From: the human T2T-CHM13v2.0 reference genome, Homo sapiens
Assembly: GCF_009914755.1 (NCBI RefSeq)
Contig: NC_060941.1
Direction: 5' to 3' (one strand)
Length of the DNA stretch: 64,000 nt
This document shows, one piece after another, positions 18,236-32,061 of the stretch (position 1 is its first letter; every line of letters begins with the position of its first letter). The translations under genes were made by a program, and so were the position numbers. The notes under the pieces were generated by a model. The model was not told where the DNA came from. It was given only the letters and a program-made list of their open reading frames with translations, and did not search any database.

Positions 18236-18632
18236 TTATATAGTTGGGATATGTGTCCCCTCCAAATATCATGTTGAAATGTGACCTTCCAATGTTGGAG
18301 GTAGAGCCTAGTGGGAGGTGTTGGCTCATGGGAGTGACTCCCTCATGAATGTCTTGGTGTCAGTCCCTTGGTGATGAGTGAGTTCTCACTCTACTGGTTC
18401 ATGCCAGAGATAGTTGTTTAAAAGAGTGTGGCAACCCTTCCTCTCCCTCCTGCTCCGTCTCTTGCTCTGTGACATACCTACTCCCCCTCCACCTTCTAAC
18501 CATGAGTAAAAGCTTCCTGAGGTCCTACAAGAAGCAGATGTTGGCACCAAGCTTCTTGTACAGTCTGTAGAACTATAAACCTCTTTTCTTTATAAATCAC
18601 CCAGCTTCAGGTATTCCTTTATATCAATGCAA
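18236..18632 (+). mobile_element. MaLR solo LTR (MSTB-like)
   Basis: gatatgtgtcccctccaaatatcatgttgaaatgtgacc...aaacctcttttctttataaatcacccagcttcaggtattcc. Confidence 0.8.
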
Positions 18633-20399
18633 AATGAAATAAAGGAATCAGAGAAAATGGAGACTAACAGTCTTTTCTCCGCTTTTCCTGACCAGTCTAA
18701 CAGAGACCTGTTTAATTTGTTCACTTATTTTATTAAATTGGTTTTGTTATCTCTCTACATTGTGTTTCTGATTTCACTGATCTCTGCTCTTAGTTTTACT
18801 ATATTTTTCACACTTACTTTGTTGCTTTTTATCTAGTGTTTTGAGGTTAAGGCTTAGCTTATTTCAGTCTAGATACCAATTTAAGATACTCTACAACATT
18901 TGATGAGTAATGCTATCATTATCTTTCAGTTTTAAATATTTGACAATTTTATTGTGATTTTCTTTTTAACCATAACTTATTTAAAAATACAATTTTACAT
19001 TTCCAAACCTAAATCCAAGGGTTTTTTTTAAACTGGCTGCTTATTATTGATTTCTAATTTGATTGCACAGAGAACATAAAATGTTGTCTCTATGACAGTG
19101 ATACTTTAAAGGCAGTTGTGACTTCTAATATAACCAATCAGTTCCACTTGTTGCCTTGACAAGGCAGGGGTCAGTGGTGCCAGATCTCACATAGTTCAAA
19201 AGAAACTAGAAATCTAAAATTTATGTGAAATCTTCTGATTTTATAATGTTGGCAACTAATTGAAAATTTTCGAAACGTTGCACAGGCCAAACTAAATATA
19301 TATGCAGATGACTCAACCTGCAGCCCAGGAATTTATAACATCTGCTGGAAAGCCTGAACCTGAACAGAAGACCGACAAAACAGACAAGAAAAAAAGCACA
19401 AAAGCAGCAAAGATAAGAGTAAGCTACAGGAGAATATTATGAAAGAAAGGAATGGCTTATATGACACAATCCTGGAACTCTGCCTAACACAAATTTTAAA
19501 GTAGAATTTTAAAATTGGAACATACATAAAAATATTAAAATATCATATATTAATAAGTGCCATAAAGAAAATTAAGCAAATAGCCCAAGGCCAAGATACA
19601 CATTTGTATATCATTGCTGTAAGGATGGCACAGAATGATAGTTACTGAAGCTATACTTTCGAACCGGATTGTCTCATGAAATAATCTAGAGTAAGACAAG
19701 AGTAGGATGAACATGCAAAAAAGACCAAGAGGGATGACGAAAACCAAAAGAATGTGTGCCACAGAAAATGAAGAAGAAAATGTCCTGAGGAAGAAAGACT
19801 GAACAAAATCCAGATTGGAGGTCACTGGTATCCCTAGGAGGAGAAGTTTTGGTAACATCAGGGAATAACCCAAACTGCATTGGCTTGAAGGTAGATGATG
19901 AGAAATCTGAGGCAATGAGTAAAATAACTCCTTAAAGAAACCTGAATATAAAAGCAAAGAAAGAGAGAGAAGCCGCAGTTGAAGGGGTTGGAGTGAGATT
20001 AAGAAAAAAGTTTTAAGATGGATACTTACTCATGTCTAAGTGTTGAAAGGACCAATGTAGTTAAGAGATACCAAGAGGGCCCTGAATTAGACTTCAAAAT
20101 GGAGGAAGATGCAATAATTGTAAGAGGAAGCAAAAAACTGGTGGAAGGATTGGTACAAAGAAAACACCCTATAAATTAACAAAATACAAGAAGGCAAGAG
20201 TTTAAAAGAAGAACATTAATGAAACCAGAAACAATATTTTGGCCTGGAGTCACAAGAATAGAAGTAGTATCACTTTTACATCTAACTAGTGGTGGATGAC
20301 AGGAGAGGTAGAGGAGGACCACTTGTCAGTCTAAAAGTGATGGCTAAGGTTTTACTATACACTCCATGAACAAATGGTGCCAGGAATAATTTTTTAAGG

Positions 20400-20700
20400 G
20401 ATAAAAGCTTCAGAAGAAGTTGTCTATGGTCTACTATATTAATAAAGCATATATTCAATGGTGTGAAAAATCAAAGAACCGTTCATGACAACAGAGAAAA
20501 TGATGATGTTTCTGGAGTAAAAGAAAAACCATTTGGGAGATCATGAGTCAGTCTTTGATTCACTTATTAATTTTGTAGAAAGCTAACCGTGTTCCACTGC
20601 TCAGGAGGTCATACAGCTCTGCATGCCTCACTCCATCCTCTTGAAGATGAGGCATAAGACCACAAAGCAAGCTGAGATCAAGGGCTTTTGTTTTTTTTTT
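20400..20700 (+). mobile_element. Decayed pogo/Tigger transposase C-terminal fragment (Jerky-like)
   Basis: 20554-20688 translates to FDSLINFVES*PCSTAQEVIQL...TTKQAEIKGF. Resembles the recalled JRK C-terminus and the QxxIxxFF end of pogo transposases. Confidence 0.55.
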
Positions 20701-22419
20701 TTTTTTAAGAAATCAAGTTTCAAAGTAATGGAAAGGTCAGTGTGCATTTAGAGTTTAGGCCTACAAACTAATCTGTGATTGAATCTACAGCAAATCACGA
20801 TAATTTATTCCAAAAGTGATGATGCTGACTTATCCTAAACTTATCCATTATGCAACTGTAAAGAGAATTGAAGTAATAGATCACATTTCAAAAAGAATCC
20901 TATCAAAAAATCTCAGTAAGAATAGCTCTAGGTTTCATAGATAAAATGATATCTGGCTAACATCTCTCCAATAGTCTCCCCCAAGTGCTCACTAAAATAC
21001 CTAGAAAGAGAAAGGGGGAAAAAAAATAAAACATCGCAAGAACAGTAATAACTCAGATAAACAGAAAACACAGTGAAAGAACCTGGGCAGAATCTCCAAC
21101 AACTATAAAGTACATGGAAATAGAGTAATTAAAAATATATCTATACAGATCTACCTGAAAGCAAATGTAAATTAGCTTCAGGAAACAGAACCTAAGAAAA
21201 ATTATATAGGAAGACACATTCTACCTCCCTCAAGTCAAAGATTCTGTGTTGAAAAAAATCAAAATATTTACTATGTGTGATTCTTCTATGATAATGCTTT
21301 TTCCTTCCATGGTGGTACGTTTTTCTAACATCTACTAGTGTTTCACACACAATCATTCAGAGCCAGCAACTCCCAAAATGCATCGGATTAAAGTAAAGTA
21401 CAAATGATGTTGGTGTACTATATGTAGGGAGCCATCATCTCCACAGCTAAAGGAATATACTTGGACACAAAAAGAGGGAAAACAATCTGAGTTCAAAACA
21501 TACTGAGAACTATACAATTCATTATTTCATTCAAAAAATCAAAGACTTATAATATAAGTTATAAAAAGATATATCACCAGTAAAGCAGAGTTTCTACAGG
21601 TAAAATAATCCTAGAAACTGGGAACTTCACTGGCAGCTGACCAATGTTTTTATCCACCTGAAAATCTTCAAGAGAATATGACCATTATACAAGTTGACAT
21701 GGAGAAGACACAAGACAATCCATACCCAAAATACACAGTAGACTAATATCAGAAAGTCCCTAGAAAAGTGTACAAACAGTGAGAGCTCAACAAGTGTTTG
21801 TTAAATAAACGAAACACCAAGACTTTACAAAATCTCCCTTATTCATTATTGAGTAATGAGAAAAAAATACCAGTTGGAGACTAAAAGCTATTGTAGAACC
21901 AGGGGAAAAGAACAACATCCTATAAACACAGAATAAAAATATACCATCAAAATAATCTAATATCCAGAAGAAAATATCAGAAAAGTATGAGGAATCGTAA
22001 AGAAGACCGTCTCTATGAAATACAAGGTAAAATCTTAAGAATTAGCTAAGACAAAAAGAGAACAGAATAATATTTAAAAGGGGATATGATTAAGATGAAA
22101 AATAGAAAAGAAGCAAAAATGCAGAGCACAATAAAAATTCATAATGGAAGTGGCAAAGAGCAAAAATGCAAATCAGTGATGTTGTAAACCATCCCATATA
22201 CTCAGAGGACAAAAACAACACATGAAAATATGAGAAAGAAACTAGAAATATGAAAGAATGATAAAAGAGCTACAAAAGTGAAAATGGAAAATAAATGCTA
22301 AAAAAAGGAAAACAATATTAGAAATAAACTAAGCTTAAACTTTTTAAGGGAAAATTTAAAATGTTGATGTCTTACTGTATCCTAGCACAAACAGAAAAAA
22401 AGAGAATTACATCTGATTC

Positions 22420-25065
22420 AGATTTCTGGTTTCAAAATGGCGGCATAGAAGCTGGCTTCACTCTCCCACACAGAAAACCAAAAACAAACAGACAGCACTG
22501 AGATTATCACCAGCAATATCACAGAACTCAAATATGAGAATGAGGCAGTTCCCAGGACCACAGGGAAGTAAAAAACAACTCTGAGCAGAGAGTAGGAGAA
22601 CCACACTTCCATGTATACAATGTCCCTCCCCTCCAATCTGCCCAGGCATACAGAAAATTTCCCCTCGACCCAGAGTTTCCACACTAGAAAAAGATCAAGG
22701 TGGACAACCAGCTTCTCCAACATATTGGGTTCCCTGGCAGAGGACCTGTCTCTGCCTTAAGCCACAGGAAACATTGTGAGTTCCTGAAGGGAGAAATATT
22801 CCTGAGGATAGCCAGAGACAAAGGGAGAGGTGAGTCTATCATTCTCAGTCCTGGAAACTCTGTTCTGTAACTTGGCCAAAAAAGACACCAAATCAGAGTG
22901 ACTGTTCAACAGCCCAGGTCCCCTAGGCACAAACTCCTAACCCGCCTTCCCACACTACTAGGATATCCCATTTAGGACTTTCCATATTCAGGACAGGTGG
23001 CACTCTGATTGTTTACTAGAACCAAGCAAAACCTGGGCTTAAGGTGCCATCTAGTGACAAAAAGGAGGCAGTGATCTAGCGAGATAAGAAAGAAAGAAAT
23101 CAACAAATCAATTATAATGAATCACTAAAGCAAACATATCCAATAAAAAACAAAACAAGTCAGGCAAGGAAAACTGAATAAATAACTAATCCTTCAATGC
23201 AAAGACACAGATGAACATCCTCAAGAAACAACAGCAAACAACGAACCATGAACTCCTCAAAGAGACAGAGCAAGGAACCAGCAACTGACTAGTATGAAAT
23301 GATATGTGAACTCTCTGACCAAGAATTCAATATAGCATTTTTAAGAAAACTCAGTGATCTCCAACATAACACAGAAAAGCAATTCATAAATTATCAGAGA
23401 AATCTAACAAAGAAATTAAAATAATTGTTAAAAGATCAAACAAATCTTAGAGTTGAAAAATACATTTGCTGAACTGAAAAATTCATTTGAGACTCTCAAT
23501 AGCAGAATGGTTCAAGCATTGAAAGAACCTGTGAGCTTGACAACTGGCTACTTGAAAACACACATTGAGAGGAGAAAAAAGAAAAAAGAATGAGAAAAAA
23601 AGATCTCCTACAAGATACAGAAAATTATCTTAGAAGACAAAATCTAAGAATTATTGGTGTCCAAGAGGGAGTTGAGAAACAGTGAGAGGTAGAAAGCTTA
23701 TTCACAGAAATAATAAAAGAAAACTTTCCAAAACTTAAGAAAGAGATAAATGTCCAGGTACAAGAAGGTAAGAAAGCACCAAACAGGGCCAGACGTGGTG
23801 GCTCACGCCTGTAATCCCAGCACTTTGGGACGCTGAGGCGGGCAGATCACCAGGTCAGGAGATCGAGACCACCCTGGCTGACACATGGTGAAACCCTGTC
23901 TCTACTAAAAATACAAAAAAATTAAAAAAAAAGCCAGGTGTGGTGGTGGGCACCTGTAGTCCCAGCTACTTGGGAGGCTGAGGCAGAAGAATGGCATGAA
24001 CCCAGGAGTCAGAGCTTGCAGTGAACCAAGATTGCACCATTGCACTGCAGCCTGGGAGACAGAGTGAGACTCCATCTCAAAAAAAAAAAAAAAAAGAAAG
24101 AAAGAAAAAAGAAAACACCAAACAGATTTGACCCAAATAAGACTATCCCAAGGCCTATAAACATTGGGCACTCAAAGGCCAAGACAAAGAGAGAATCCTA
24201 AAAGGAGCAAGAGAAAAGAAGCAAATAATTTAAAGAAGCTCCAATTCATTTGGCAACAGACCTCTCAGGGAAAACCATACAGCCCAGGAGGGAGCAGGAT
24301 GACAGTTTCAAAGTTCAGAAAGAAAAAAAAAACTGTCATACAAAAATGCTATATACAGCAAAACTATCCTTCAAATATGAAGGGGAAATAAAGTCTTTCC
24401 CTGACAAACAAAAGCTGAGAGAATTCACCAACACCAGAACCATCTTACAACAAATGCTAAACAGAGTTTTTCCATTAGAAAGAAAAAAATACTAATGGGC
24501 AAAAAGAAAACATTTGAAGGTAAGAAACCCACTGGTAAAATTAAGTATATGAACAAACCCAGAATAGTCTAATACTGTTAACTGTGCTGTGCAATTCACT
24601 CATAACTCTAGTATGAAGCCAAAAAGACAAACCTATAAAAAACAATACTACCTACAGGAACCTGTTAAGAGACGGGCAATATAAAGATGTGTAATTGAGA
24701 CAACATAAAGTCTAAATGTGGAGAGATAAAGTATGTAAGTTTTTTCATTTTTTGTTTTTTCCTATACTTTGAGATCTAAGATAAATTTTCATCTCTTTAA
24801 AATAACTTGTTATCGCTATAAAATGCTTTTTGTGAGCCTCATAGTAACCACAATGCAAAAACCTATAATAGATTTACTAAAAATAAAAAGCAATTAATTA
24901 AAACATACCACCAAAGAAAATCATGTAACCATAAAGGAAGAAAGGGAAAGAGAAGTTACCAAACAACCAGAACACAAACAACAAAATAATAATATTTAAG
25001 TCCTTACTGATCAATAATAACATTGAATGTTAATGAACTCAATTCTCCAATAAAAAGGCATAGAG
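22420..25065 (+). mobile_element. L1 5'UTR, ORF1 and start of ORF2 (old L1MA/L1PB class), no 3' portion
   Basis: Starts at caaaatggcggcatagaagc. ORF1 remnant LYTAKLSFKYEGEIKSFPDKQKLREF. ORF2 start ending at aaaaaggcatagagtg. Confidence 0.85.
23787..24110 (+). mobile_element. AluY-like element inserted in L1 ORF1
   Basis: AluY-type agaatggcatgaacc and gagcttgcagtg. TSD aagaaa(g/a)caccaaacag. Confidence 0.9.
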
Positions 25066-25900
25066 TGTAGGGCAGAGCAAGATGGCTAAATAGAAGCTTA
25101 AGTGATTCTTCCCCTCAACAGAAACACCAAATTTTAACAACTATGTATAAAAAGAACCATCACAGGAACCAAAACTCAGGTGAGCAATCACAGTATCTAC
25201 TTTTAATTTCATATGGCTGAAAGATACATCAAAGAGGGCAGGAAAAACAGTTTTGAATTGCTGATGCCACTCCTCCCCCATCCACCAGCCAGATAGCATC
25301 TGTGCTCTTGGGAGAAGGAGAGCACAGAGATTGTGAGGCTTTGCATTGAACTTAGTGCTGCTCTGTCATGGTGGAAAAGAGAACCAGGCTGTAGTCAGCT
25401 GACATCTGCCTGCAGAGAGGGCACCTGGACTGGCCCATGCCCAGAGGTGAACCGCTCATCCCAAAGGTCAGAACTTGAGTTCTAGCAAGCCTTGCCACCA
25501 CAAGCTGGAGTGCTCTGGGACCTTAAGTGAACTTGAAGGGCAGTCTAGGCCATAAGGACTGCAATTCCTAGGGAAGTCCCAATGCTGAGCTGGGCTCAGA
25601 GCCAGTGGACTAGAGGGGCACACAACCTACTGAGACACCAGCCAGAAAGGCTGAAGGGAATGCCTGTATCAGCTCTCCCAAGCCCTGGGCAGTGGCCATC
25701 TGGCATGGAGAAATCTGTGTGCTTGGGAGAGGAGGAGAGCAGCGACTGGGGAACTTCACATTGAACTCAGTGCTGCCCTGTCACAGCGGAGATCTGGCAG
25801 GATTCATCACCTGCTAACTAAAGAGCCTCTGGTCCCTGAATAACCAACAGCAATACCCAGATAATACACCTTGGGCATCAGGCTCTGAGATGTCCTGGCT
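25066..25900 (+). mobile_element. Second L1 5'UTR fragment
   Basis: Begins gcagagcaagatggctaaatagaagc. GC-richer L1 5'UTR with an internal repeat (tgcttgggagaggaggagagc...cattgaactcagtgctg). Confidence 0.7.
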
Positions 25901-26506
25901 TCAGAACTCTGGATAGGTTCATTTTATCACAACCTTCTATTACAATGGTATACAAAATAATTCTCTTTTGGATTACCCTAGAACTTGAGTGGCCACGACA
26001 AAGAATAAACTTTTTAAATAATTTAACTATAATATAATTCAGCAATTTCTGGTTACTTTTAATCGAACTTTGATATAATTCATTGAATTCTAGGTAAGTG
26101 GAATCCAAGTTGATTTCATACATGTCAAATATTTCCCTCTTGCTCCCCAACTCTATACAGTATCTATGTTGTGAGAGGTAACGTTATACTCATATATGAA
26201 AATCTGACATATTTTGGTTGAATGATACGTTATAAATTGCATGTGTTCCTAATTTTAGTAATAGTAGCAATAGAAAAAATATATTCAAAAGTTACAAACT
26301 TAATTAATCTTTAAATATATATGCATCAGTTAAAAACAGCACCATATCTTTATTAAGTATCATAAGTTATAGGTTACTTTTATATTCTGGTAGAATAGTA
26401 TTTAGAACTAATCTTTCAAGAATACTTTTTGAAAGTTCGAATTTGTTTTCTAAACAGAATAAAATTTCTTATGAAGGAGACCCTACAAAGGTGTTTTCAC
26501 TTACAT

Positions 26507-27740
26507 ATTAGGTACAGAAATCTTTGTGTTTACTATTCAAGTTTGCAGGCTTCCTTTTAGGCTATTTCTAGATGTCTCCTTAATTCAATTTTTTTTCCAT
26601 TTTAAATATTACTATTAATTTCTTGAGATATTTTTCACCAACCTTACAAACAAAATGATCAAGTCACAATTCCTCACTTTGGCAATTTTAAAACTAAATT
26701 CAGATTTATACTATTCAGTTATACTTTAAAATCCCATACAAGACCAATTTAACCTAGCTTTCCCTGTCTACCAAAATTCAAAATTCAAGCTCCTAGGTAA
26801 ACTGGAAGGCTGTCTGCTTTTAATACAACTTCATCCAAATTTTTGCAGTAGGCAATGTTCCATTAAAAAAAAAAACAAACCTAATCAAAATGAAGTTCAC
26901 TCTTTCTATGAATAATCACAAGATTGTTTAGTATTCCATTTAAGTCTTTTATTAAGATTAGCGTCTAGCAAATAAAAGTACAAAAACAGTCATTATGACT
27001 TTGCAGTTTTAGTATCTTTAAGGTATTCCTATTTGAAGATTAATCCCTATTTCCCCTAATATTATAAATGTTGATTTATAACAACAAACAAGCAACAAAA
27101 GATAAATGAAGAAGATTTAAAAGTGTTATAGGAAAGCTTTTTCACTCATGTTTAAAAATATAACTTCTTTAAAAATATAACTTTAGGGGTAAATAATGTT
27201 TTTCCACTGTAATGGAATATTATAAAAACTATGCATATTAAGCAAGAAAAGATATGTTTCCAAGAAGCTATATGTCAGTTTGTTGGAAAAATAACAAGTA
27301 AAAGTGAAGAAAGGCCTCCAATAACTCCAATAACTTCTTCCCTTTGGTCTCAAACTGACTGGGTTCACTCACTTCTATTGGTTCTTTGATAATGCCAATG
27401 AATAGTCTAAAATTTCTGCTTACTCCAGGGACTGAATTAGGTACAGAAATCTTTATGTTTACTATTCAAGTTTGCAGGCATCCTTTTAGGCTATTTCTAG
27501 ATGTCTCCTTAATTCAATTTTTTCTCCATTTTAAATATCACTATTAATTCCTTGAGATATTTTTCACCAACCTTACAAACAAAATGATCAAGTCACAATT
27601 CCTCACTTTGGCAATCTTAAAACTAAATTCAGATTTATACTATCCCGTTATACTTTAAAATCCCATACAAGACCAATTTAACCTAGCTCTCCCTGTCTAC
27701 CAAAATTCAAAATTCAAGCTCCTGGGTAAACTGGAAGGCT
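26507..27740 (+). repeat. 305-bp direct duplication (26507-26811 and 27436-27740), ~97% identical, 624-bp spacer
   Basis: Manual alignment gives 10 substitutions and no indels. Confidence 0.95.
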
Positions 27741-27767
27741 TAATTCTTCCCACATATGTGTATTCTT

Positions 27768-28292
27768 TTTTGTTTTTTATTTTTACTTTTAAGTTCGAGG
27801 GTACATGTGCAGGATGTGCAGGTTAGTTACATATGTAAATGTGTGCCATGGTGATTTGCTGCACCCATCAACCCGTCACCTAGGTATTAAGCCCAGCATG
27901 CATTAGCTATTTTTCCTAATGCTCTCTCTCCCCCACCTCACCCCCTAACAGGGCCCAGTGTGTGTTGTTCCTCTCCCTATGTCCATGTGATCTCATTGTT
28001 CAGTTCCCACTTATAAGTGAGAACATGTGGTGTTTGGTTTTCTGTTCCTGCATTAGTTTGCTGAGGATAATGGCTTCCAGCTCCATCCATGTCCTTGCAA
28101 ATGACATGATCTCATTGCTTTTTATAGCTGCATAGTATTCCATGGTATATATGTACCACATTTTCTTTATCCAGTCTATCATTGATGAACATTTGGGTTG
28201 ATTCCATGTCTTTGCTACTGTGAATGGTGCTGCAATGAACATATGTATGCATGTATCTTTGTAATAGAATGATTTATACTCCTTTGGGTATA
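27768..28292 (-). mobile_element. 5'-truncated L1PA element
   Basis: L1PA 3'UTR and ORF2 C-terminus (KKMWYIYTMEYYAAIK). 14-bp TSD atatgtgtattctt at 27754-27767 and 28293-28306. Confidence 0.92.
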
Positions 28293-28329
28293 ATATGTGT
28301 ATTCTTAACAAAACATAAAAGCATGATGA

Positions 28330-28810
28330 AGATATATACCCAGCAGAAGTGTGTATATTTAGTTACCAAAAGAAACATATAAGAATGTTCATTGCAGCAC
28401 TATTAATAATATCCCCAAACCAGAAGCAGCCCAAATGAATATTGACAGTAGAATGGATAAATATATGGTGGTATATTCACCTTGAAACACTATTCAACAA
28501 ATGAGCATGTAAAAACTACAATGATACACAACAATATAAATGAATCTCACAAACCTAAATATTGAGCAAAAGAGGCCAGGCACAAAAAACTGCATTCTGT
28601 ATGATTTTATTTATGTGCAGTTCAAAAATAGATAAAAAGTGAAAATAGTGGCTGCTCTTGAAGGTGGGGCAGTGACGGTTAGGGGCTTGGGAGAGAGGCT
28701 TCTGCAATGCTGTTAATATTCAGTTTCTTGATCTAGGAGCTGCTTACATGGGTGTGTTCAGTTTGTGTGCTTTTTGGTATGTATGTTATACTTCAGTAGA
28801 AAGTTATAAA
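28330..28810 (+). mobile_element. Old L1 3' end (L1ME/L1MC-like)
   Basis: aagaatgttcattgcagcac...atgaatctcacaaac...tttcttgatctagg. Confidence 0.7.
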
Positions 28811-29165
28811 AACCATGAGACTGCAGGATAAGTCCCCTCAATAAACTTCGGTTCATAGGAAAAAAAAAAAAACTGCATGGAGTCAGAAAAGGGGTGTTAT
28901 ATGTCAATATCAGATACATATGAGCAGAAGACATCTCCAGTTCATGGCCAATACGGCTTGTGGCTAGGGTGTTTTCTAAAACCCATAATCTGAGATGAAA
29001 TAAACATCCTAATCTGGGCATGACAGTAAGATTTCAAAGGACAGGATTAGTGCAAGTCTAGAAATGTCACCATGCACTTTTTCCCTTGCATAGTTAGGCT
29101 TTCATTGAGTTGACCACATATGTGGTTTACCTCTCAGTCTGTGGGACCTCAAAACATCATTTGGC

Positions 29166-29470
29166 TTCTTTTTGTTGTTGTTATTGAGACAGGGTCTTGC
29201 TCTCTTACCCAAGCTGGAGTATGGTGGCGTGGTCATAGCTCACTGCAGTCTCCAACTCCTGAGCTCAAGCAATTCTCCTGCCTCAGCCTCCTTAGTAGCT
29301 AGGACTATAGAGGCATGTGCCACCCAGCCAGCTAATATTGTTGTTGTTTTTAGAGATGGGGTCTTGCTACATTGCCTAAGCTGGTTTCAAACTCATGGCC
29401 TCAAGCAATCTTCCTGCCTTGGACTTCCAAAGTGCTGGGATTTCAGACATGAGCCATTGCACACAGCCCT
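29166..29470 (-). mobile_element. Alu (AluJ-like)
   Basis: Diverged Alu consensus with a (TTG)n tail. Confidence 0.85.
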
Positions 29471-30554
29471 CATTTAACTTCTAATAGGAATTTTGTCCAC
29501 AACGTACAGAAAAATAGTTCTAGGAGAATAGGATGTGGGGGAAAATAGGAAACACACGGAGAGCCAAACATGTAAAAAAGAACACACTCATGGCACTTCC
29601 TTGAAAGGAAAAGAACATTCCAGTTTCAACACTCCCTGTCAAGTGATTACAATACTAAGTGATCATTTGGGGCAGTTCATTTGTATCCCTGCCTGCTGTG
29701 GGGCCACTTTCGGTTCTCTTTCTCTCTCTGGTGCCATTGGCCTAATCACAAGTGAGAATGCTGCCTCTAAGGGCTCCACCATCAACCCCTGAACTAAACA
29801 TCTTTCATGTGCCCCTTCGGCACACTCATTACCCTTTTGCACCCAGTTCTGTGCCCCAGGGGTGAGTCCCTTTGATCTCCATCAAACCCGAAGAGCTCCC
29901 TTGCCTTTGGGTTTCAAGTTGAATTCAGCAAGGAGCCTGATCATCAGAGTCCCATGTTGTTAGGGATTAAAAGAAAATGGAAAGGCTGAAGAGTTCTTGG
30001 AGTGGGGTGGGGTGGGGGGTGGGGAGGCAAGTTTTATTCCCCATTCCTCTCGGAATTCTAACCTGGCTTTGATTGTTTTTGTTCTTCCTTCCTTGGGGAC
30101 AAGGAAGTGGGTAAATTTATCTTCAAAGATTAAAACTTCACAAAATGTTGGACAAAGGAGAATGATATACAGAAGTGCTCATTTCAAAAAAAGAAAAGGC
30201 AAAACTGGATCCTGTTCAAATAGACATCTTTGATATAGGTGGGAAAATAGAAGAGGGTACACCTAGATGTTCTCCAGATAGCAGCTCCCTTGGCTGAGGT
30301 TCAAGTATAGTTCAAAATCTACTGCTCCATCTCTGGTCCCTGATATGTCTCCAGTTAGAGCATCAAAAAGTCACCCAGGACAAGTGCTCTTGTTCTAGGG
30401 CCCACCCAGCACCTCCCTCAGTGGGCTTATTCAGTCCTCGGAGCATTCTGGGCATTTAGTAGGCAATACAAGAAACAGCAACATCTAAAAACAATTTATC
30501 TCTCAAGTTTTATTGAAATTTCTCTTTTACAAAATGTCTGATTTTTACCCTAAC

Positions 30555-30903
30555 GACTGCATCCTCACCCAAATCTCATCTTGAATTGTAGCTCCCATAA
30601 TTCCCATGTGTTGTAGGAGGGGCCCAGTGGGAGATAACTGAATCATGGGTACAGATTCCCCCATACTGTTCTCGTGCAGTGAATAAGTCTCACGAGATCT
30701 GATGGTTTACAAGGGAAAACTCCTTTCACTTGGCTCTCATTCTCTCTTGCCTGCTGCCATGTAAGAAGTGCCTTTCCCTTTCCACCATGATTGTGAGGCC
30801 TCCCCAGCCACATGGAACTGTGAGTCCATTAAACCTCTTTTTCTTTATAAATTACCCAGTCTTGGGTATGTCTTTATCAGCAGCATGAAAACGGCCTAAT
30901 ACA
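30555..30903 (+). mobile_element. THE1 solo LTR (THE1C-like, MaLR)
   Basis: cacccaaatctcatcttgaattgtagctcccataattccc...cagcagcatgaaaacggcctaataca. Confidence 0.9.
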
Positions 30904-30967
30904 ATTCCTAAATATTTTTTCATCATGGCGTGTTTTGACTCAAATCCTACACCATGGGGAAAAATAT

Positions 30968-30969
<2 letters not shown>

Positions 30970-31003
<34 letters not shown>
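30970..31003. repeat. (TG)n microsatellite
   Basis: About 17 pure GT units. Confidence 0.95.
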
Positions 31004-31005
<2 letters not shown>

Positions 31006-31576
31006 TACAATAAGTTAAATTCCAGTGTTTCAAAGTTTTTAAAATCATTATATTTGTATCTTTATAAATCATGAAACAGTATTTAAAAATTCAGTATTTC
31101 ACTAAAGCCCAAAAACCCCCCCATTATGCAGTATATCCATGTAATAAACCTACACATGCACCCCCTGAATCTAAAAGAAAATATTTTTAAAATCAATATT
31201 TATACTTGATTTCCATTTACTCAATCTATGTTATATCTATATGAAACAAAAATATAAAACTATGCAGCTTTTCATCAGCTATCTCTTAGAAATTATTTGT
31301 CGAAGTTTATTAACTGTGGAAGAAAAGGTACTCAGATGAGACTGGAGAGTTCCAGAGAAGCTCCTTGTCCTGGCACATCTGATCCGCTGTGGCTGCAGCC
31401 AACCTCTCCATCACGGGCTCACCACTGTCCCAGAGTCCACTGTCTCTTACATGGACTATTATGATAGCTTCATCTTCCTTATTTTCCTGCTTCCACTTTC
31501 TCATTACTTAAATTTATATTTTCATTCCTGCCAGGATAATCTCCCTAAAGTATAGTTCATTCATGAGATTTACTTA

Positions 31577-32061
<485 letters not shown>

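Noticed and set aside
26507-27740. Direct repeats as LTRs of a small retroelement
   Set aside because: No TG...CA termini, no target-site duplication, and no primer-binding site or polypurine tract seen.
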